From a virus (Duplodnaviria > Caudoviricetes), in IMG/VR virus record IMGVR_UViG_3300020049_008107, positions 9,735-73,734 of that record: a stretch of 64,000 nt of DNA. One strand, given 5' to 3'. Shown here in pieces: positions 47,756 to 56,915 of the stretch. A program made the position numbers and the translations under genes. Each line of letters opens with the position of its first letter. Position 1 is the stretch's first letter. Under the pieces are notes generated by a model. It had not been told where the DNA came from. It searched no databases and saw nothing but the letters and a program-made list of their open reading frames with translations.

Positions 47756-49654
47756 TTATACCCTTCCTGACTTAGCACTTGTGCCGAAAATGTGATTCAT
47801 TGCGTGACCTAAATCTTTTCTGACAACACCGACATTACCAGCAGATTTAGAGCCATCTTCTTTCAAAGTTTTTAGTGATTTTTTCACTAAAGAAAGATTC
47901 TCAATTGTTGAATCTCCACCAGATGTAAACGATGGAGTTGATCTACCACCAGCATACTCTTTAGCGATTACATCAGTAATGCCCATACCATCAAGGATAA
48001 ATCCAAGGGATTTTTTAACGGTATTTAATTCATGAGCTTGAGCGGTAACAACGTTCGCAAGTTTGGCAATAGAACCAATCAAGGCTTTATGTACTTGAGA
48101 ATTACCAGCATTTACTTGTGGACGAGCATTTGATTTCTGCACTCCAGTATTTGTTCTGCGTGACATAGAAGCAAGGCTTTTTGCAAGAGCCATAGTAACT
48201 TCATCAGCATCTTCACCATCTTCTTTCAAAGCTTTTTCAAGCTCTTCATCAGACATTTCAACTGGTTCTGGTGTAGAAGTCCCATCGGGGATTAGGTCAT
48301 CTTGATTTTCAAGAGATGGGTTATCCAATTCACCCTTACGCACTTTGGACTTTCTAATCTTCAAGGATTTTGCAATCATTAAAGCCTTAGTGATCTCATC
48401 TTCTGTTAAATCTTCATCAGCCATATTTACCTCGTCTCCATCGGGTTCTTCGCCTAATTCGTCTTTTAGGGCTTTCATAAGTTCTTCATCTGTCATTGAA
48501 ACAGGCTCGTCTCCATCAGGTTCTTCCATAGCTTGCATTAGCTCTTCGTCTGATAATTCTACGGCATCATTGCTGCCATTTGGATCATCAGTTGGAGGAT
48601 TACCTGTTAATTCATCCATAGTAACATCTTCTTCTGCCATATTAGCATCTCCATTATTAGTTTCGCCGTTATTACCGCCGTGTTGACCTACAGCATCTTT
48701 ACCAGCTTTAATCTGTCCAAGCTGGTCTAGAATCGACTTTATGTTGTTTACAAGTGCAGTTTCTTCAGGACTTAGCATGGAACCTTTTTCTACCAATTTA
48801 TTATTAGATAAAGACTTATTAATTTGTTGCAATTCTGGTACTATTAACTCCTTATATTCTTTAAACAATTTATCAATCTTTTCTGCTTTAGTTGCATCGT
48901 CACAATCTTCCATTTTTATTTCTTCAAGAGAATCATCAAAAGCATCTTGGATTTTTGACTTACGAAGATAGTCGGATGTTATCTTCTCATCACCAACAAG
49001 TTTTTGTTTTATTAATGAATCACCACCATTTTCTGATGAAAGGGCTTCTTTTTTTACCAAAGCTTTGCTAACTGCTGAAGCGATAGACGCTTTATAAGCT
49101 GGACATGGTACAAGTACTACACCATCAAGTACAATATCATCCATTACACGCCTGTCATCATCAAGCATCTCTTTAATACCACCATCAGGAACAGCACCCT
49201 CAACAGAAAATCCGCGTTGTTTAGCATGTTTATATGGTGGTAAACCAAGTAATTGTTTCCATGTCATATCAGCAGTATCTAAGTTGAACTTACCAACACT
49301 GTCATACTGGTCATACAAACGAAATGTAACAAACCAATCACCATTAGGCAGTACTTTACATGAATGAAGAATGCCAATGTCTTGGGTTGCTTTAATACCA
49401 TGTTCATCTGGATAAAGTAGAATGTCACCAGAATTGGCTTGTTTCATAAATGATTGGATACATTTTGGAGTTACAATCTCACCATGACCATCAACAGAAT
49501 TACCAGAAACTACACCCTCTACGTACCTTCGCTTTCTACCTTTTTCATCCTCTTTATACACCCCATATTCAGTTTTTTTTGACTTGTTTACATGAGATAC
49601 ACCAGAAAAAACAAACGAAACTCTACTTAAATCTTTGGTTGCAACAGCAGGCAT
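47756..49654 (-). CDS. Prohead protease-scaffold fusion
   Basis: N-terminal VEGVVSGNSVDGHGEIV, GFSVEG, LDGVVLVPCPAY (HK97/U35-like); long acidic coiled-coil C-terminus. Confidence 0.8.
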   Translation of the reverse strand: MPAVATKDLSRVSFVFSGVSHVNKSKKTEYGVYKEDEKGRKRRYVEGVVSGNSVDGHGEIVTPKCIQSFMKQANSGDILLYPDEHGIKATQDIGILHSCKVLPNGDWFVTFRLYDQYDSVGKFNLDTADMTWKQLLGLPPYKHAKQRGFSVEGAVPDGGIKEMLDDDRRVMDDIVLDGVVLVPCPAYKASIASAVSKALVKKEALSSENGGDSLIKQKLVGDEKITSDYLRKSKIQDAFDDSLEEIKMEDCDDATKAEKIDKLFKEYKELIVPELQQINKSLSNNKLVEKGSMLSPEETALVNNIKSILDQLGQIKAGKDAVGQHGGNNGETNNGDANMAEEDVTMDELTGNPPTDDPNGSNDAVELSDEELMQAMEEPDGDEPVSMTDEELMKALKDELGEEPDGDEVNMADEDLTEDEITKALMIAKSLKIRKSKVRKGELDNPSLENQDDLIPDGTSTPEPVEMSDEELEKALKEDGEDADEVTMALAKSLASMSRRTNTGVQKSNARPQVNAGNSQVHKALIGSIAKLANVVTAQAHELNTVKKSLGFILDGMGITDVIAKEYAGGRSTPSFTSGGDSTIENLSLVKKSLKTLKEDGSKSAGNVGVVRKDLGHAMNHIFGTSAKSGRV

Positions 49655-49659
49655 ATAAG

Positions 49660-49667
49660 TAAATAAG
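49660..49667 (-). promoter_or_regulatory. Putative late promoter CTTATTTA, 5 nt before ATG
   Basis: Fixed-spacing motif. Confidence 0.6.
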
Positions 49668-49675
49668 TATACAAA

Positions 49676-49750
49676 CTAAAAAGTGCTTGACAAGGAAAGT
49701 ACCCCATGAGAAAATGACAAAAGAGGATATTACTAATACCTCGATAAAAT
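49676..49750 (+). promoter_or_regulatory. Early sigma70-type promoter cassette, copy C
   Basis: TTGACA (49687-49692)-17 bp-GAAAAT; hairpin; CGATAAAA; inverted twin of copy A. Confidence 0.75.
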
Positions 49751-49766
49751 AAATAAGGAACAAATA

Positions 49767-50292
49767 ATGAAATCAAACACTTGGTATAAAGTAGGTCAAC
49801 TAGAAGACCTAGCAAAATTCACTGATTTAGATTTATTTTCACTTAATAAACAATGTGAAGACAAAGAGAAGTACGATGTTTCTGATAGAGAATTTAAATC
49901 TGGTGAATGCGGCAAAGAAGAATTTAATGAAGAGAGATCAGAAGGAATTTGGATTATTGAAAGACCATTTAGTGGACATTATATAGTATATGTTAAATTC
50001 AATGAATACTATGGATTTTTGGAATCACATCATGTAATGCCATACAAAACAGCAATTAATGAAGTGACATCACTTATTTCTTAGGAGGATAAAAATGTAC
50101 GGACTAATAGAACTACAAAGACGCAAACTAGAATTAATGACTAGCAAAAGCTATATATACCACCATCTAATGACTGGCACTGATGGCAATAAATATAACT
50201 ATTTTGAAAATACAAAGAATGAACCTTTCTTGTATACTATGCATCTTGTCTTGGTGAATGCATCAGAAAGGGTTAAGCTAATTGGTATATAG
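49767..50292 (+). other. Two small hypothetical CDSs (49767-50084, 50095-50292)
   Basis: AAGGA and AGGAGG upstream; downstream of promoter C. Confidence 0.6.
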
Positions 50293-50293
50293 T

Positions 50294-51076
50294 TTATTTC
50301 TTAAGCTGCATGTCATAGCGAATGGAACATCTACAACCAGCGATATCCTCTAAAGTAGCACCAAGAGAGGAATCATGTGGATGTTTCATTACCACTGTTT
50401 TATTGGTCTTAGGATTCTTATAGGTAAAGTTTTGATCATTCGGAATAGTCTTGCCATGCAATTTGAGATGTTCATGTCTAGGTACTTTTGATTTTTTATT
50501 ATGAATCCAGGTTTTTGTAAAAACCAACTTAGGGTTTTTCTTTTTTAATTGATCAATATACCCATGTCTCATCTCATTTGAAGTAGACATAATCTCAGTA
50601 ACTGCAATAGTCTTTATATTTGGTGGAATACCAGTTTTCTTATCTTTCTTGGTATATCCAGCATACGTCTCTCGGAGTTTCTGTTCAAAGACTTCGACCA
50701 ACTTATCATTAACCTTACCAGCATACCTACCACGCTGCGCAGAAGTCTGTACTTCTCTTATTGTGTCATTAAGGTCTTGAATTAGCTTATCTCGAAGAGT
50801 GTTAGTAATAATCTTGCCACCTTCTGCAGATTTTTTAGTGAGAAGGTCATCAGTCATTATCTCTTTGAAATTAGGAAATAGGACTTGCTTTGGTTTATTC
50901 CCTTTTAATTTAGCAATATGATCATCAACACGTTTATTTGAAATATTGAGCATATTTGATGCAACTTGTTTGGAATTATTCTTAAGTATTAATTGAACAA
51001 GGTCTTGGTAATTCTTACCATTCCAACCTAATTTGCCATACTTCTTCTTAAGATAATCTAAATCGCGTTTTGCCAT
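50294..51076 (-). CDS. MuF-like minor head protein
   Basis: TIAVTEI, KTWIHN...PRHEHLKLHGKTI, HPHD, AGCRCSI. Confidence 0.8.
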   Translation of the reverse strand: MAKRDLDYLKKKYGKLGWNGKNYQDLVQLILKNNSKQVASNMLNISNKRVDDHIAKLKGNKPKQVLFPNFKEIMTDDLLTKKSAEGGKIITNTLRDKLIQDLNDTIREVQTSAQRGRYAGKVNDKLVEVFEQKLRETYAGYTKKDKKTGIPPNIKTIAVTEIMSTSNEMRHGYIDQLKKKNPKLVFTKTWIHNKKSKVPRHEHLKLHGKTIPNDQNFTYKNPKTNKTVVMKHPHDSSLGATLEDIAGCRCSIRYDMQLKK

Positions 51077-51077
51077 T

Positions 51078-51905
51078 TTATGCTAGGTGTTCAAACCCCT
51101 TACGTACAAAACCATTACCATTTTTCTTTGGAACAAACTCAAATTGCTCTTCTTTTTGAAATAGCTTCTCCTCGTCAAAAATGGGCATATCTTGAGCTTT
51201 ACTAACAGTCACTAAATCCGGAATTTTACCAACTTTCTTACGAAGGTCTTGTATTTCCTTTTGTAATTGCCTATTTTCAATAAATAGTTCATGGTGTGCA
51301 TCTTCAGCAATAATTGGTATATCTTGACCATTAGCAACCTTCTTTTGGTATTGCATGTTTTCAAGACCAATACGGCTAGTGGTACGACTTATCCAACTAA
51401 CAACTGGAGACAATGTACCTCGAAGAACAAAAACCGACAATTGAACCACTTCGCCTATCGGATGAGTTAGAGGACTAAATACCTTCATAAAATCACCAGA
51501 AAACTGGAGCTTTCTAATATCAACTTCCTTAAGTACTCTATCAATAAATCTCATTACGATAAATGAGCCATAACCAACAACAATACCATACAACGCAAAA
51601 ACAATCATAATTGTTTTAAACATTTCAAGACTTACACTAGAGATTGCAAATAATGGGAAAAAGTTGAAAAAGACAACTATTCCAACAATTACAAACCCCA
51701 TATTGTACAAGTTGCGCCACGCTCTAGATTCTTGTATTGAATCGTAAAGAATTACGTAACTAAATATTGCAATATAATTACCAGTGACTACCCAAAATCC
51801 AGCCGATTCTCTTTCTGGATACAAAAAGAAAAACAACATATAAAGAGCGGACATACCAGTAATTAGCCAAAGTTTTTTATGGTCTTGTATCTGTAGCATG
51901 TCCAC
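51078..51905 (-). CDS. Multi-pass membrane protein
   Basis: Four hydrophobic helices then a coiled coil. Confidence 0.6.
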   Translation of the reverse strand: MDMLQIQDHKKLWLITGMSALYMLFFFLYPERESAGFWVVTGNYIAIFSYVILYDSIQESRAWRNLYNMGFVIVGIVVFFNFFPLFAISSVSLEMFKTIMIVFALYGIVVGYGSFIVMRFIDRVLKEVDIRKLQFSGDFMKVFSPLTHPIGEVVQLSVFVLRGTLSPVVSWISRTTSRIGLENMQYQKKVANGQDIPIIAEDAHHELFIENRQLQKEIQDLRKKVGKIPDLVTVSKAQDMPIFDEEKLFQKEEQFEFVPKKNGNGFVRKGFEHLA

Positions 51906-52030
51906 CTCTTAAAAAGATCAAAAATCCAACTACCAGCATAAAAATGAGCACTGGATAGATTACATATTTTAACAAAGATGGTATTACATATACAAAAAAT
52001 GCAATCATGATTGGTAATATAAGTATGAAT

Positions 52031-52228
52031 CTAAGGACTTGCAATATCGTAATCCTCTGTGACATTACCAATACAGTGACCTTTCTTATCCCAAACTTGA
52101 GCATGCCACCAACCATTAATACCAGCAGCAGTTTTACCAGCATAACCATTATGAGTTTCACTAGTTACTTTGGCTTCAGTTCCATTTTTAAGTTTTATGG
52201 TTTTGTTTGGATCAACAACAATTTTCAT
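52031..52228 (-). CDS. Small hypothetical protein
   Basis: Likely start MKIVVDP at 52228. Confidence 0.45.
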   Translation of the reverse strand: MKIVVDPNKTIKLKNGTEAKVTSETHNGYAGKTAAGINGWWHAQVWDKKGHCIGNVTEDYDIASP

Positions 52229-52244
52229 AATATTATTATCGTAC

Positions 52245-52409
52245 TTATGACCTTGTGTAGCGTTCAATTGATGTAGGCAAAGAATCTGGCATTTCGAGTT
52301 CGTCAATGAACTTTCTCATAGTATCTAAATTTAATTCTTTATCCTCTTCTCTTATACGTTTAATTACTCGTACAAGTTGAGATTTAGTAACTACAAATTG
52401 CTTTTCCAC
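52245..52409 (-). CDS. Leader-bearing protein 11 (54 aa, not in the ORF track)
   Basis: Manual: GTG start, MEKQFVVTKSQLVRVIKRI...YTRS. Confidence 0.65.
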   Translation of the reverse strand: MEKQFVVTKSQLVRVIKRIREEDKELNLDTMRKFIDELEMPDSLPTSIERYTRS

Positions 52410-52410
52410 A

Positions 52411-53949
52411 TTATCCTTTATTGTATGTATCTTTTACTTTAGCTATTATTTCAGGAAACATTGGTGTTGTATTTGGTGGGATATCAAACTGTGGATCATT
52501 TAACGGATCAAGATTTTCATCATTAACTCTAATCTCATTAACAGCATAAATACCAGTATCCATCTTAGTCTTAACCAATTCTGCTTTTTGTTGATCAGTG
52601 TTTTGGGTTTGATATTTAAGTCTATATCCATGACCAAAACGAAATGGAAGTATACGAAAATTAAACGTATTTTCTATACACTTAGTAACGGGCAATGTAC
52701 CTTTTGCGTTTTCAATGCGTTCTTGAGCATCAGCCGTATTCCTACCAGATGTACCATCACCACCGGATTCATTAATTTCCATATTGGACATATTGAAAAC
52801 AAGAGCGATGTCCTGTTTTATCATGTTTTGTCTTTCCATTTGAGTAGACATAATGTTTTCACGGGTTAGGTCTAATACAAAAGGTTGACCATAGCCAGAT
52901 ATCACGCGCACAGCATTTTTGCGGTACTCATTAACTATGTGTTCTATTCTTTTTTGCTCATCTGGATCAATTGGAGAATCACCCATGTCAGAACCAATAT
53001 CGCCTAATGGCATTTGTTCACCAAATACCAATATTTTTTCTGGTGGTCTAGTGCCATCTGCCTGTTCTGCCATAAGTCTGTCAAAGAATAAACTTTCTGC
53101 AACCTTATTAACTAATGCATCAATTGGAACATGCCCATAAGTAGAAACCGAACTTGGGATATAACTATCAAATGAAATCTCATCCGGATAAAATATCTGT
53201 GGACGCATACCAGAGGACATTTGGATAAAAGCTGAATAACTACCAATAAAACGAGATTGTACTGGATAGACACTACCGCCAGGAAGTATATGTAGGTTTT
53301 CTATTTTTCCATTTAAGGCTTCTTTGTAAATAGTTGCAGCACCATGCAAATGTAAATCCATAACATACTTCTTAATAAAAGTATCCCAGGTTTCTTTTTG
53401 ATTTGGTTGCATTAACCAATCATTAACCTCTTCACTTTGATCAAGTTTACGGCTTGTTATCCGTCTTTTCCATCTAATAAGTGCAGTATTAAAATTTGAT
53501 AGATCTGGAAGTACATCCCATAGAGTTTCACGTATTTTTTGTGAACAACCCATTTTTACACCAATGGCATAAAATGAATCAGTTGGGTATTCATCATAAA
53601 TTTGTTTGAGCGTCTTTAATTCTTCTGCGATCCTGTCTTCTTCCTTTCTATCAGTGGTTATGTCAAATGACATGCCTGATATGCGATTCATTCTAGTAGT
53701 TATCACACCGAGGATTGGTGAACATGTTTGGAAAATTTGAACTCTAGTAACTGGATCAAGGATGAAAAGTGGTTGTTCATATTGTACGTACTGATTTTCG
53801 CCTTGTTTGTTTACACCAGTAATCCCTAATAATTGAGAAAATGAGTAAACCGAATATCCCCTTCGATTGTATACTGCCGAATAATTATTAACTAAAGGAC
53901 TTGATGGGTTTCCCATCCAATCGAATTCACCAGCACTCATTACAAACAT
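52411..53949 (-). CDS. Portal protein (HK97-like)
   Basis: WLMQPN, YVMDLHLHGAATIY, LHILPGGSV, YGHVPIDAL, YAVNEIR. Confidence 0.85.
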   Translation of the reverse strand: MFVMSAGEFDWMGNPSSPLVNNYSAVYNRRGYSVYSFSQLLGITGVNKQGENQYVQYEQPLFILDPVTRVQIFQTCSPILGVITTRMNRISGMSFDITTDRKEEDRIAEELKTLKQIYDEYPTDSFYAIGVKMGCSQKIRETLWDVLPDLSNFNTALIRWKRRITSRKLDQSEEVNDWLMQPNQKETWDTFIKKYVMDLHLHGAATIYKEALNGKIENLHILPGGSVYPVQSRFIGSYSAFIQMSSGMRPQIFYPDEISFDSYIPSSVSTYGHVPIDALVNKVAESLFFDRLMAEQADGTRPPEKILVFGEQMPLGDIGSDMGDSPIDPDEQKRIEHIVNEYRKNAVRVISGYGQPFVLDLTRENIMSTQMERQNMIKQDIALVFNMSNMEINESGGDGTSGRNTADAQERIENAKGTLPVTKCIENTFNFRILPFRFGHGYRLKYQTQNTDQQKAELVKTKMDTGIYAVNEIRVNDENLDPLNDPQFDIPPNTTPMFPEIIAKVKDTYNKG

Positions 53950-53953
53950 GTTA

Positions 53954-54286
53954 CTAGATAACCTTCCTTTTATTATTCGTTGGAGTAGTACGATTGCGAT
54001 TATTTTCTGCAGTGGTCACAATTCTAAGATTTTCTCTTCTATTATCAAGAGTTATCCTGTTAATGCGATCTACTACATGCTCACCACTATAGCCGAGTAC
54101 AAATCTATGCATTTGTTTTGGGCTACAGTTCTTGTTTTGAACATACGCCTTAGTACGAGTACCAAATGAAGCATGCCACTTAATCTTAGACAATTCTGGA
54201 TAATCTTCTGGAGACACCAAGGTATGTAAGCCCTTGGTTATCTTAATTACTCCAACTTCATTTCCAAAATCATCTACTATTAACAC
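53954..54286 (-). CDS. HNH_3-like homing endonuclease, probably degenerate
   Basis: MHRFVLG...VDRINRITLDNRRENLR; Arg replaces the canonical His of VDHING. Confidence 0.6.
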   Translation of the reverse strand: MLIVDDFGNEVGVIKITKGLHTLVSPEDYPELSKIKWHASFGTRTKAYVQNKNCSPKQMHRFVLGYSGEHVVDRINRITLDNRRENLRIVTTAENNRNRTTPTNNKRKVI

Positions 54287-55324
54287 TTATTTGAACTCGC
54301 TTGTACATCCAACAAAATTTAACTTCCTGAAATCTTCATTCTTTAAAGCCTCATTAATCTGCTTCTTAGCAAGACCAATACTAAGTAATTCTCTGTAGAA
54401 TGTAGCATTGGCAAAGTCGTTTGATTTCATTGCTGTGTAGTATTTATCAATGATATAATCAATAGCCTTAATTTCATCTTTAATGAAGTAGGTCTTGACT
54501 TCTTGTTTTTCGTCTTTCTTGTTGATGATCTTTGGTGCTGAAGTGACAACTTGTGGTACTACTACCTTGACTGGCTCTTTTACCACCTCTTCTTTGGCTT
54601 TTTCAATAGCATCAATCTTTTCAGCGATTGGAATGGGTAAGGCTTGAATTCTTTCAAGCTCCTGTTTAGCGAACCTTTGATTCAAACCATTCTCAAAATC
54701 AAGTTTGCCTTGTGCAATAGTCTGCTCCATGAGTGGTATAGAATTGACGAGTTGTTCCATTAATTTCTTTTGTTTTGATTGACATTCAAAAACTCTTCTA
54801 TTGTAATCAGAAATCTCATTACTTTGAATCGTCTTTAGTGAAGCTCCAAAAGCTAAGTTATCTTTCTCAAAGGCAGTTACAACCTTATGAGCTTTGTCTA
54901 GTAGAGATTTAATTGGAGATATATAGTCCTTAAAATAAGACACCTTCTCATCAATTCCATCTACAATTAGCTTAGCTTTTTGTAGGTCTTCTTCTGAATT
55001 AACAATGATAGTCTTCTGTGTAAAAGATACTGGTTTTAAATTGGCTTTTACCAATTCTGGTAGAGTTGGCTTAAAAATATCTAATTCGGTGTTTGTTTGT
55101 TCCATGTCACTGTCCTTCTAGTTTCTATAAAAACAATAATATCGTATATAAACATCATTAGCTTGAGATTTTGACAAGTAATTATCAATGTCAGTTTCTA
55201 AATCTTCAAGCCTTTCATTCTTGAAACTAAATATTTTAGTATATAACATCTTTTTATTAGTACAAAACTGTACTGAGATATATTGGTCTTGATATTTATC
55301 ACTTACCAAAACTTTTTCGACCAA
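54287..55324 (-). other. Coiled-coil hypothetical protein (54287-55105) and small ORF (55118-55324)
   Basis: 272 aa helical with AAGGA upstream; 68 aa overlapping the terL end. Confidence 0.55.
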
Positions 55325-56915
55325 GGACAGTTGAACGTATTTGGTAGGCTAAGCACATGTATGCATTAGCTAAAAAATAGTGATCAGCTTTATTGTTATT
55401 AGACCAAACATACCTAATATCTTCTCTATCAGACCTATTAGAAGGTAAAGCCAATCTCCTACTTACTTCCATATGATTAACATACTCTTCATTGTTAATC
55501 ATATCTGCGGATACTGTTAATTTACCATCAATAAGATATTGCTTAACAGTATCAAGAAGCATAGTTCTATTAACTGTAATTGTTTTATCAGCGAAATTGG
55601 GGAATGCCTTTTTTACATCAGCAAAAAAACACATAAAAAATGAGGATAGGCTATTGCATATTTGTTTTGATATTCTGGTTTCAGGCAAACCATCAATAAC
55701 CCCAACTTTCACACCATATTTAATAGCTATTGGTCTAATCTCTTTCCAATCCTTTGTTTTTGTGACAGCTATTTGTTGTATATTTCCATTAGGTAACACA
55801 GCACCAATAACTATATGGAAATACGTACCAACGTCTATACCCATAACAGCAGACCTTTTATAACTATCTTTTGATGAATGAGTACCAACTGAATCAATCA
55901 ATAATTGCCTTGTAATGGATGATGCAGTTGAAGCATATGCCATGCCAAGATCACCATTAATAAACCTAGTCATTTTAGTCTCATTAGAAGTTCCAGCTTC
56001 AAACCTATCAACAAGTTCAGTTAAGGTATCTTTGGCAGAAAACATCTTTGAAATATCATACCCACTAACTGAAACATTTTGGTTGTGTTTAACCCACTGA
56101 CCAGGAGCAAACCTGTTGAATGGGTTATGACATTTATGGCATACAGATAATGGATTACCATTATCATCTTCCTGTATAATCTCATAGTCACTATCACTAT
56201 CATAAGTAATGTGGTCTGGATTAATTACACTACCAACTTTTCTAAGCACATGAACAAAAAATTGAGGATTAATCCATTCATTACAATGTGGACATTTTAT
56301 GAACCAAGTCTTACCATCAGACTTTGAGTATTCATAATCTATTCCATAACCAGTAATGGTAGGATTAGAAATATAAAGCTTTTCTCTGTAATCAGAAGCA
56401 GACAGTCTTTCTTCAGCCATATAGACATTAGACAAATCACACCTATCCAACTCATCTATAATTATCTCATCAGCAGGAAATTCAGTAAACGGGTTTGGTG
56501 TATTACTTCCAGCAAATGCGGCAGCACCAGAACCAATATGCTTAAGATGCACGGCGTTAGAATCACCAGTTGAAGTCTCAATAAGTGATTTATAGTATTC
56601 AGAAAATGAAACGGACTTATCAACACGGTTACGCACATAACGAACCATAACCATATCAGTAGGCAATACATAGAAGATCGATCTTCCCATAGCACACTTT
56701 TGAATAAGTCTACACAATGCATATTCAGACACCCCTGATTGAGTAGATTTCTTAAGCACCATCTTCTGTGCTCTATCAAGGTATATGTCTTTTAGATACG
56801 ATTTATTTTCAAAAGTTAGCGGTGTACCTTTATGGGTACGGTGATTTACAAGCCCATTCCACAGAATAGGATGTAATAGTTTTAAGTCATCAAGATATTT
56901 TTTATTGATTGACAT
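55299..56915 (-). CDS. terL: Terminase large subunit (lambda gpA-like)
   Basis: KSTQSGVSE Walker A, IIIDELD Walker B, ISNPT, IKCPHC, MGIDVG and DHYFLA nuclease motifs. Confidence 0.9.
   Translation of the reverse strand: MSINKKYLDDLKLLHPILWNGLVNHRTHKGTPLTFENKSYLKDIYLDRAQKMVLKKSTQSGVSEYALCRLIQKCAMGRSIFYVLPTDMVMVRYVRNRVDKSVSFSEYYKSLIETSTGDSNAVHLKHIGSGAAAFAGSNTPNPFTEFPADEIIIDELDRCDLSNVYMAEERLSASDYREKLYISNPTITGYGIDYEYSKSDGKTWFIKCPHCNEWINPQFFVHVLRKVGSVINPDHITYDSDSDYEIIQEDDNGNPLSVCHKCHNPFNRFAPGQWVKHNQNVSVSGYDISKMFSAKDTLTELVDRFEAGTSNETKMTRFINGDLGMAYASTASSITRQLLIDSVGTHSSKDSYKRSAVMGIDVGTYFHIVIGAVLPNGNIQQIAVTKTKDWKEIRPIAIKYGVKVGVIDGLPETRISKQICNSLSSFFMCFFADVKKAFPNFADKTITVNRTMLLDTVKQYLIDGKLTVSADMINNEEYVNHMEVSRRLALPSNRSDREDIRYVWSNNNKADHYFLANAYMCLAYQIRSTVLGRKSFGK

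Noticed and set aside
11299-52409. Leader as Sec/Tat signal peptide or as a DNA-level mobile repeat
   Set aside because: No hydrophobic core or twin-Arg consensus, no inverted ends or target duplications, and variation is largely synonymous.
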